Assembly (NCBI GenBank): GCA_039800325.1
Contig: JBDLQY010000157.1
Span: 11,944-75,943, forward strand
Source of the DNA: Pseudomonadota bacterium
GTDB lineage: Bacteria; Pseudomonadota; Gammaproteobacteria; Burkholderiales; Burkholderiaceae_E
Direction of reading: 5' to 3'
DNA length: 64,000 nucleotides
Positions 23,236-30,460 of this stretch are shown here, piece after piece; within the stretch, counting starts at the first letter, position 1; each line of letters opens with the position of its first letter. Both the position numbers and the translations under genes were made by a program. The notes under the pieces are model-generated. The model had not been told where the DNA came from and ran no database searches. It saw only the letters and a program-made list of their open reading frames with translations.

Positions 23236-24198
23236 TCACCCCATCGCCTTGAACTGGTAGCCACCATCGATGGTCTCGATGGTGCCGATAGCCGGGAAGG
23301 GGAAATGGAAACCGGCGGCAGGCATTTTTTCCTTCACCAGCATGTCGAAGATGCGGCGGCGCGATTGACGCGCCATCTCGGGGTTCATATCGAACACCAC
23401 CGACCAGTCGGGTCGCCGTGCAAACAAGGACGGCACATTGGTAATGTCGGCGACGAAGGCAAACGATTGCCCCTGCGAGCGCATCACGAAGACGGTATGA
23501 CCCGGCGAGTGGCCGAAAGCCGCTACCGATTCGATGCCAGGTGCAATCTCGCGGCCGGGTTCAAATTTGACGAGCTGGTCTGCGGGCATCGTGCCGAAGA
23601 CACGTTTGACGTTATCAAAGGCACCCCGCATCGCGGGCGGCGCAGCGGCGATGCGCGCCTCGTCTGTCCAGAACGCATGTTCGGGGGCTGGCACATGCAC
23701 TTTGGCGCGCGGAAAAACCAGAGACCCATCTTTGCGCCGCAAGCCACTGATGTGATCGCCGTGGAAATGGCTGATGACCACATGATGGATGTCATCGGGC
23801 GAGAGCCCAGCCGCGGCCAGATTGGCCACCAGGCGGCCGGCCGAGGGCGGACCGTTATCGGCAAAGCCCGCGTCAAACAGGTATCGCTGCCCATCTTTCA
23901 CGACGACGCACGGCGTATAGGGCACATCAACATAGTCGGTTGACAGGCCCTGCGAGGCCAGCAGTCCACGAACCTGTTCAATGGCGATTCCTGGGACAAA
24001 CTCTGCCCCCAGGGGCCTGCGCAAAATACCGTCGTTGACGGTAATGACATCCATCTCGCCGATACGGGTTTTTCGAAAGCCAGGTGAGGGTAGCGTGGGC
24101 GCGCCGAACGACGCTGGGTTTTGTGACCAGACCGGAAACAGGGTGAAGGCTGATGCGCCACCAATGGCAGCGCCCAAAAAATGACGGCGATTAAGCAC
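23236..24198 (-). CDS. MBL-fold metallo-hydrolase with Tat-type signal
   Basis: MLNRRHFLGAAIGGASAF twin-arginine-like leader and the HxHxDH motif VISHFHGDHISG. Confidence 0.85.
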   Translation of the reverse strand: MLNRRHFLGAAIGGASAFTLFPVWSQNPASFGAPTLPSPGFRKTRIGEMDVITVNDGILRRPLGAEFVPGIAIEQVRGLLASQGLSTDYVDVPYTPCVVVKDGQRYLFDAGFADNGPPSAGRLVANLAAAGLSPDDIHHVVISHFHGDHISGLRRKDGSLVFPRAKVHVPAPEHAFWTDEARIAAAPPAMRGAFDNVKRVFGTMPADQLVKFEPGREIAPGIESVAAFGHSPGHTVFVMRSQGQSFAFVADITNVPSLFARRPDWSVVFDMNPEMARQSRRRIFDMLVKEKMPAAGFHFPFPAIGTIETIDGGYQFKAMG

Positions 24199-24280
24199 GG
24201 CTGACTCCGAGGGGGGATTTACCTGACATTATCGTTGGCGACTGTCCAAAGTCAGTCTATTCCCGACTGGGGCACCCGCT

Positions 24281-25993
24281 TCAGTGCTTTAAGCGCACGA
24301 ATACCCGGTACTGCACCCAAGCGCCGACCGCGATGCTGGTCGCAAGGCTTGCGTACACAAGCCAGATCTGGTGCTCAAACTGATTGGCGACTAGCAGACC
24401 CGCAACTAACACCAGCGCGATAACAATGGCGATTTCTTCGAGCGCAAAGGCCCCGCGCAGCGACTGAGCCGCCTGGCCCAGCAAGATGTCGCGCAGAATG
24501 CCGCCGCCGCTGATTGAAACCGCTGCAAGAATCGGCGCCCAGAACCAATGCAGGCTTGACGATAGAGCCACACAGGCACCGTAGGCGGCAGCAATCGATA
24601 AGCCCGCCAGACCCAGAATTCTTTCGGCGGGGGAAATCCATCGTGAGAGGGTCACGGACGCAATACGACGCGAGATGACAATGATGAGCACCGTGCAGAC
24701 GGTGATGGCCATGGGCAGCGTTGGGTCAACGATAAACGCAATCGGCAGACGTTCGCCACCGATGATGACATCACGAAGCGCCGCGCCTCCCAGAGGCGTG
24801 GTCAGCGATAGCACCAGGCAGCCCCACAGTCCAAACCCACGCTGCAGGCCACTCAGCGCGCCTGAGCATCCGAATACCAAAATCGCCGCAAAAATCGCGG
24901 CTAGGAAGGGCGTGGAGCCTATGACCTGATCGAGCGCATGACGTGCCGGGGCCGACAGGGTAGGCAAGCGACCGTGGCTGCGCTGCACCTCTTGCATCAC
25001 CTTAAAGGTCCAAAGCGTTTTAGCCTCGGGCGGTAGCGCGCCTTCGCTGGCGGCTATCTGCGCGAATTGACGGTCAAAGCGAGCGAGGTTTAAGAGGCCA
25101 AACTGCGACAAGTCGGTCGGCAGCAGCTCGATCACGCCTGCCAGCATCTGTTGCTGATGTTGTCGGTCAACCGAGGGGTTTTGTGAGGCCAGCGAGTCCA
25201 GCGCGAGGCCGCGCGCACTGCGAGCGTCATCCCAGCCCTTGGCCAGTCCGCGTATCAGCCCCACCAGTTGCTGGCGGAACTCGGCTGACACGAGTCGATC
25301 TGACAGCACGTACAGCCCGTCTTCGATGTGTTCGATTCCCTTGCGTTGCAGATCGATCCAGCGCAGGTCTACGGGATCAATGCCAGAAGACTGCAGTCTG
25401 GGCCATTCGTTGTAACTCATGGCGCTGACGCAAGGCACTTTGCCGTTGATGAGGTCCATTCCCCCAGGCGCCTGCTCAAGCAGCTGAACCTTGGATGGGT
25501 CGACTCCATAGGATTTGAGTAATGTACGCACAACATGCTGATCGCCCAGATTCCACACGCCGACGCTTCGACCCATAAGATCTTCCGGCCGAATAACCCC
25601 TGAACTCGTTCTGCAGGCGATCCCAAGTCCTGGTTGAGCAAAGATTTGCGCGACGTGCCTGATACGAGGCCCCTCACGCGAATGCATCAGTGCGTTCCCA
25701 AGCCAACCCACCGCTACGTCGACCTCGCCCTTTTTAAGTCGGGCAAACGGATCGATTCCGGGGCCGCCTTCAACGACGTTAATTACAAGGCCCTCGCGCT
25801 CAAAGTGACGCCGCGCCTGCGCAACATAGAAGCCGGCAAACTGGGCTTGATGCTGCCAGTGCAGTTGCACCCGCAGACGAGGCTGTGCCTGTGACTGACA
25901 AGCCCAGCCTAGCAACAGAGTGAGGACGAGCGAAGCAGCAATCTGTATCGTGGTGGGCCCTGTAAGCGCTCGCATAGCCGACGCGACGTTCAA
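24281..25993 (-). CDS. Fusion protein: NMT1/THI5-like periplasmic substrate-binding domain plus TRIC/UPF0126 cation-channel domain
   Basis: 570 aa. It has an N-terminal signal and a binding-protein-like region of about 330 aa. The C-terminal polytopic region carries the duplicated UPF0126 motif (LGGAALRDVIIG and SGGGILRDILLG). ATGA overlap with the upstream gene stop. Confidence 0.7.
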   Translation of the reverse strand: MNVASAMRALTGPTTIQIAASLVLTLLLGWACQSQAQPRLRVQLHWQHQAQFAGFYVAQARRHFEREGLVINVVEGGPGIDPFARLKKGEVDVAVGWLGNALMHSREGPRIRHVAQIFAQPGLGIACRTSSGVIRPEDLMGRSVGVWNLGDQHVVRTLLKSYGVDPSKVQLLEQAPGGMDLINGKVPCVSAMSYNEWPRLQSSGIDPVDLRWIDLQRKGIEHIEDGLYVLSDRLVSAEFRQQLVGLIRGLAKGWDDARSARGLALDSLASQNPSVDRQHQQQMLAGVIELLPTDLSQFGLLNLARFDRQFAQIAASEGALPPEAKTLWTFKVMQEVQRSHGRLPTLSAPARHALDQVIGSTPFLAAIFAAILVFGCSGALSGLQRGFGLWGCLVLSLTTPLGGAALRDVIIGGERLPIAFIVDPTLPMAITVCTVLIIVISRRIASVTLSRWISPAERILGLAGLSIAAAYGACVALSSSLHWFWAPILAAVSISGGGILRDILLGQAAQSLRGAFALEEIAIVIALVLVAGLLVANQFEHQIWLVYASLATSIAVGAWVQYRVFVRLKH

Positions 25994-27114
25994 GGCTGTC
26001 GAACGGGGTTTAGCCGAATCAGGCGACCGTTGGGCGCATCGGTGAGCACGTACATAAGACCATCAGGGCCCTGGCGCACATCACGCGTCCATTGACCAAT
26101 GGACTGCAACAGCCGTTCTTCGCCAATCACGTTTGTGTCCGATACGACCAGACGCGTCAGAAAGCCAAACTTCACCGAACCTACAAACAGACTGCCGCGC
26201 CAAGCGGCACCGTAGCGGTCACTGTTGAGAAAGGCCATGCCCGAAGGCGCGATCGAAGGCGTCCAGTGATGAATGGGCTGCTCAAGGCCTGGCGCGTGAG
26301 TGATACCCGCGCCGATTTTGCCGCCGCCATAATGCTCGCCGTAGGTGATCACGGGCCAGCCATAGTTCTTGCCGGGTTGCGGCAGATTGATTTCATCGCC
26401 ACCCTGTGGGCCATGCTCATGAATCCAGAGCCTGCCCTGCGAATCAAGCGTGGCGCCCTGGGGATTACGGTGTCCGAGGCTGAAAATTTCTGGGCGAGCC
26501 TGCGCGTGACCCACAAAGGGATTATCGGCGGGTACTCGACCGTCTTTGTGCACACGCACCAGCTTGCCCAAATGATTGTCCAGGCGTTGAGCGTCGTTCA
26601 TGCGGTTGAAGCGCTCGCCCAAGGTGAGCATCAGCGTGCCGTCAGCACGCTCAACAATGCGACAGCCGAAGTGGTGTCGACCGGGTAGCTTCGGTTGCTG
26701 ACTGAAGATCACCCTGAAATGATTGAGCGTGCGCTCGTCAGCGCTGAGCTCAGCGCGTGCCAGAGCCGTGCTGTTACCGCCCTCGCCGGGTTCGGTAAAG
26801 CAAAGAAACAGAGTGCGATTACGCTCGAAGTTATTGTCCAGAGCGAGATCAAGCAGGCCGCCTTGTCCGCCCACATCAATACGGGGTAAGCCTGCTAGCG
26901 GGGCGCCGATGCGCCCATCGGCTTCGATGATACGCAGACGCCCAACCCGCTCGGTGACAAGAAAACGGCCGCCCGGTAAAAAGCCCAGGGCCCAGGCGTG
27001 CTCAAGACCCTCGGCAATGATCTCAGGCTGGACTCGTTCTGCCTTCGTCGGCGTCTGGGCGAAGACGGGTGAGGCCACGCACAGTGATGCTACACAAGCC
27101 CAGGCGATGGCCAT
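25990..27114 (-). CDS. PQQ-dependent sugar dehydrogenase (soluble glucose/sorbosone dehydrogenase, YliI-like)
   Basis: Start chosen at MAIAWACVASLCVASPVFAQ (27114). Beta-propeller motifs include GHRNPQG and GPDGLMYVLTD. Confidence 0.85.
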   Translation of the reverse strand: MAIAWACVASLCVASPVFAQTPTKAERVQPEIIAEGLEHAWALGFLPGGRFLVTERVGRLRIIEADGRIGAPLAGLPRIDVGGQGGLLDLALDNNFERNRTLFLCFTEPGEGGNSTALARAELSADERTLNHFRVIFSQQPKLPGRHHFGCRIVERADGTLMLTLGERFNRMNDAQRLDNHLGKLVRVHKDGRVPADNPFVGHAQARPEIFSLGHRNPQGATLDSQGRLWIHEHGPQGGDEINLPQPGKNYGWPVITYGEHYGGGKIGAGITHAPGLEQPIHHWTPSIAPSGMAFLNSDRYGAAWRGSLFVGSVKFGFLTRLVVSDTNVIGEERLLQSIGQWTRDVRQGPDGLMYVLTDAPNGRLIRLNPVRQP

Positions 27115-27246
27115 CAGTGAGTTGAACCGTGCGCGCGGCGCCAAAGATACTGACTCAGCGCCGCGGCGGACGCGCGGCGGCGCCGGGATACGCAAGGGCC
27201 ACGGGGTGCGCAAGGGCCTGATCAAGACAAACTTCAGTACGCGGGC

Positions 27247-28266
27247 TTAGTTGGCTTTGATGCCAGCGGTGCTGATGACCCGCGTCCACAGTTCGAGCTC
27301 AGAGCGGACAAAGCGTGTGTAGGCTGCCGAGCCTTGCTCGGGGATCACAAAGCCCACCGACTCCATGCGCTCTTTGATCGCGGCAGACGTCATGATTTTC
27401 TTCATAGTGGTCTCAAGCTTGTCGACAATGGCTTGCGGCGTGCCCTTGGGCAGTGACAGCCCAGACCAGCTTAAAGCCTGAAAGCCTGCAATACCGCTCT
27501 CGGCGATGGTCGGTACGTCTGGATAAAGCGCGTTGCGCTGCAGGCTTGAGACAGCGATGGCTTTAAGCTTACCCGATCGCACATGCTGCAGCGCGACGTC
27601 CTGGTTGATAAACATCAGCGGAAAGACGCCGCCCAACAAATCAATCATCATGGGCCCACCACCGCGATACGGAATGCCCACCATGTCGAAGCCAGGCTTG
27701 CAGCCCTGAGCCGTGGGTGCGCACTTGCCGGCTTCAATCTTGAGCAGCTCCATCGCCATGTGGCCTGAGGCGGCCAGGGTGTAGCCGTAATTGATCTTGC
27801 CGGGATTACGCTTTACGTAATCCAACAATTCGGCAAAGCTCTGAAACGGGGCGGTGGGATGCACCAGCAGCACATTAGGCCCCGAGTGCACCTGCGTGAT
27901 GTGGATGAAGTCGTTGATCGAGTCATACGTGGGCTTGGGCTCAAGGCCGTGGGCAACCGCGTTCTGTCCCACACCGGTTTGTATGATCGTATAGCCGTCG
28001 GGGGCAGACTTGACGCCGCGCGCGGTACCGATGACCCCACCCGCGCCGCCTACGTTTTCAACCACCACGGGCTGACCGAGTTCTTTGGTGAGCGCCTCGG
28101 CCACCATGCGGGCCATGACGTCACTGGTGCCGCCCGCCGGGAAGGGGCTGATAAGTTTGACCGGACGCGAGGGCCAGGCGTCCTGCGCCAGCGCTGAAGA
28201 TGTTTGGCTGGCCATGATCAGACCGACCGCTGAGATCAGCCCGGTGAATAAGGCTTGACGGATCAT
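27247..28266 (-). CDS. Bug family (TctC-like) tripartite tricarboxylate transporter substrate-binding protein
   Basis: 339 aa with a signal peptide and PFPAGGTSDVMAR, typical of the Bug family. An orphan: no tctAB genes are adjacent. Confidence 0.9.
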   Translation of the reverse strand: MIRQALFTGLISAVGLIMASQTSSALAQDAWPSRPVKLISPFPAGGTSDVMARMVAEALTKELGQPVVVENVGGAGGVIGTARGVKSAPDGYTIIQTGVGQNAVAHGLEPKPTYDSINDFIHITQVHSGPNVLLVHPTAPFQSFAELLDYVKRNPGKINYGYTLAASGHMAMELLKIEAGKCAPTAQGCKPGFDMVGIPYRGGGPMMIDLLGGVFPLMFINQDVALQHVRSGKLKAIAVSSLQRNALYPDVPTIAESGIAGFQALSWSGLSLPKGTPQAIVDKLETTMKKIMTSAAIKERMESVGFVIPEQGSAAYTRFVRSELELWTRVISTAGIKAN

Positions 28267-28358
28267 GTTGAGAATCTCCCTGTAAGTTGCAGAAGTCTAG
28301 CCCACAGCGCGTAAGGCTGGCCCCTGTCGTGTCTGTGCAGTGACTCGGATGGTCGCGA

Positions 28359-28583
28359 TTGGCTACCGTGCTTGCAATGATCGGCGAAAAAGTCAGGGAT
28401 TGCACGTCCACCCACGATGCCTTGATAGACCTTGTTGCGATCGCTCCGTTTTACCTGGGAGGGCTGATTGGGTTCGACGTTGATGTCCTGGTAGCCTTGA
28501 GACTGTTGCGGCTTGCGCGGGGGTTCAAGCTTTCGCGTTACAGGGTTCCTGCCTGTCGTCAGACCCGTCTGCGGGTCACCTAG
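28359..28583 (+). pseudogene. Relic of a voltage-sensor-type ion channel gene (S3-S4 fragment)
   Basis: The 74-aa ORF contains DLVAIAPFYLG...LRLLRLARGFKLSRY, the classic S4 arginine-repeat pattern. There is no pore or other TM segments, and the frame breaks down on both sides. Confidence 0.4.
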
Positions 28584-28817
28584 CTGCAAGTTCTTGGTCA
28601 GGCTATGGGCACTGAGCGGTTGATGGCTCAAGCTGCCCGACAGACGGCGAAGGTGCGGTCTTGCAGCAGGTGCTCACTGTGATTTCTGAGCAGTCAGGTT
28701 CAAATGCTTAATCACCCGGGCATGTTCGATCGGCTCCCGGCTGGGTTGTCGGCTAAAAATAAACGGGCGGGTATCGCGTAGCCTTGAAGCTGGGGCAAAG
28801 ACTTTAGAGGCTGTCAT

Positions 28818-29414
28818 ATGTTTAGAGGCTTGTTGACTACGCTCTTGCTACTGCTTGCGGGGCCTGCTTGGCCGCAGCATGGAAAAGAATTTATTGAGCT
28901 TCTGCAAAAAGGTGGTTACACCATTTTTTTTCGCCATAGCATCACCGACGGCGCTGATCCGCACAAGGTCAACCCGCCCAATGAGAATCTGCGCGACTGC
29001 ACGACGCAACGACCTCTGAACGAACTGGGTCGTGAGCAGGCAAAGCTGATTGGCGAGAAGTTTCGTGAGCACCAGATTCCGGTCGGCGACGTGTATGCCA
29101 GTGTGGTCTGTCGTTGCGAAGAAACCGCGCGATTGGCCTTCGGTACGGTGATAGCCGTCGACTGGATGGTGCTTAGACCTGGATCTGATCGACTGACCGA
29201 ACTTGAGCGGCAGCTTCAAAGCGTGCCCTCCACTGGATTTTTCTCGCGCACACCGTCTGAAAAAAACAATGTCTACGTCGGTCACGCACAGACGTTGACG
29301 CGGAGTCAGGTTGGGTCAACCCTGCCACGACTGTTTTTGGCCGAGGGCGAGGGCGTTGTGTATGACCCGCAAAATAGGCGATACCTTGGTCGCATCAATC
29401 CCAGCCGATGGTGA
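28818..29414 (+). CDS. Secreted histidine phosphatase superfamily protein (tentative)
   Basis: Signal peptide MFRGLLTTLLLLLAGPAWPQ. FFRHSITDG resembles the RHG motif, with a later VGHAQT. Confidence 0.55.
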   Translation: MFRGLLTTLLLLLAGPAWPQHGKEFIELLQKGGYTIFFRHSITDGADPHKVNPPNENLRDCTTQRPLNELGREQAKLIGEKFREHQIPVGDVYASVVCRCEETARLAFGTVIAVDWMVLRPGSDRLTELERQLQSVPSTGFFSRTPSEKNNVYVGHAQTLTRSQVGSTLPRLFLAEGEGVVYDPQNRRYLGRINPSRW

Positions 29415-29473
29415 GTCGTTACCACAACGGGCGCTGGTGTTCTGGCGGGTTTGCTACAATAAGGGTCAGGTTT

Positions 29474-29550
29474 CGGGGTGTAGCTTAGCCTGGTAGAGCG
29501 CTACGTTCGGGACGTAGAGGCCGGAGGTTCGAATCCTCTCACCCCGACCA
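29474..29550 (+). tRNA. tRNA-Pro (anticodon CGG)
   Basis: 77 nt, CGGGGTG...CACCCCGACCA. It has a 7-bp acceptor stem, anticodon arm CTACG-TTCGGGA-CGTAG, T-loop TTCGAAT and an encoded CCA. Confidence 0.95.
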
Positions 29551-29561
29551 ATCTGGTCACG

Positions 29562-29632
29562 CCAGACTGCTCTCGCAAACCCACTGATTGCGCACGGCAA
29601 CGGTGGGTTTTGTTTTTTCTGCGCTGAGTAGC
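29562..29632 (+). terminator. tRNA-Pro terminator hairpin (copy A of a triplicated ~70-nt element)
   Basis: aaacccactg-attgcgcacggcaa-cggtgggttt followed by tgtttttt. The loop contains a near-palindrome related to TTGCGCAA. Confidence 0.7.
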
Positions 29633-29746
29633 TAGGTGGTCACTGTGCTACTCAAAGCTCTCGACTGTGGCGTTTCCAACGAAATAAAGTTCAGCTTCAT
29701 CGGCCACGAGCGCATGAATGCAAACAGAAACGCTTTAGTCTGCCGA

Positions 29747-30064
29747 TCAGTAACCCTGAAACAAGAAATCCAGCGCGGCTGTGATCTGGTCCTGATCCTG
29801 AGCCAACGAAGCCACGGGCGCTTTCAGCACCCGCTGGGGTACGGCCCCCATTTTCGGTGTTTCAAGCAGAAAGTCCTCGCCCTTGATCTTGAAAATGGGC
29901 GTCAAGCGAGTTGATAACTTGACCTTCGGGAAGGTGTTAAGACCCCGAAGCGGAACGACCATGCGGCTGTCCAGGCCATCGAGCAGATCGCTCTGCACAT
30001 CCAGCAGGTACGGTGTGGTGGTGGCGTGATTGCCAGGGTTGGCATAGACATCAAAGCGCGCCAT
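29747..30064 (-). CDS. ccdB: Type II toxin CcdB family
   Basis: MARFDVYANPGNHATTTPYLLDVQSDLL...PIFKIKGEDFLL is CcdB-like. The ATG shares 1 nt with the ccdA stop (TGATG). Confidence 0.85.
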   Translation of the reverse strand: MARFDVYANPGNHATTTPYLLDVQSDLLDGLDSRMVVPLRGLNTFPKVKLSTRLTPIFKIKGEDFLLETPKMGAVPQRVLKAPVASLAQDQDQITAALDFLFQGY

Positions 30065-30345
30065 CAGAAGCTTTTCCACTCATCCAGCGGCAGGCCTTCT
30101 GCCTCAATGGTGGCGTTATAGGCCGCAATGAAATCGGCGTGATCCTCGCGCCATTTGCGTTCCTGCTCACGGCGTACGACTTCACGCAAATAGTTGTCGC
30201 AGACCTGGGAGATGTTGATCCCCAGATGCTTTGCTGCGTCCAGGACATCACTACTCAAGCTCAAATTTGTCGCGCGTTTACCTGGCATTGCGGCGCGCAT
30301 GCGTCGAGCGGTTTGTGTGGCAGGCATAGCAATCTTTATGCGCAT
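30064..30345 (-). CDS. ccdA: Type II antitoxin CcdA family (start uncertain: 30345, 30327 or 30288)
   Basis: ...MPGKRATNLSLSSDVLDAAKHLGINISQVCDNYLREVVRREQERKWREDHADFIAAYNATIEAEGLPLDEWKSF is CcdA-like. Confidence 0.8.
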   Translation of the reverse strand: MRIKIAMPATQTARRMRAAMPGKRATNLSLSSDVLDAAKHLGINISQVCDNYLREVVRREQERKWREDHADFIAAYNATIEAEGLPLDEWKSF

Positions 30346-30359
30346 TTAACGATGCGCAT
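30338..30359. promoter_or_regulatory. Two copies of the 8-bp palindrome ATGCGCAT at the 5' end of ccdA (candidate operator)
   Basis: ATGCGCAT at 30338-30345 and 30352-30359, separated by 6 nt. Confidence 0.35.
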
Positions 30360-30406
30360 ATGTTAAACCGCATCGACATCGGAATCCATGGTTGCAGACT
30401 TTTCAG

Positions 30407-30460
30407 CCAGACTGCTCTCGCAAACCCACTGATTGCGCAAGGCAACGGTGGGTTTTTTGT
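30407..30460 (+). repeat. Copy B of the tRNA-terminator element
   Basis: ccagactgctctcgcaaacccactgattgcgcaaggcaacggtgggtttttt is nearly identical to 29562-29618. It abuts the kinase stop codon at 30461-30463. Confidence 0.8.

Noticed and set aside
23305-23943. 212-aa plus-strand ORF
   Set aside because: It lies antisense to the MBL hydrolase gene, which carries the HxHxDH motif.
28263-28631. 122-aa minus-strand ORF upstream of the Bug gene
   Set aside because: It has no motifs and an implausible composition, and it overlaps the more convincing plus-strand channel relic.
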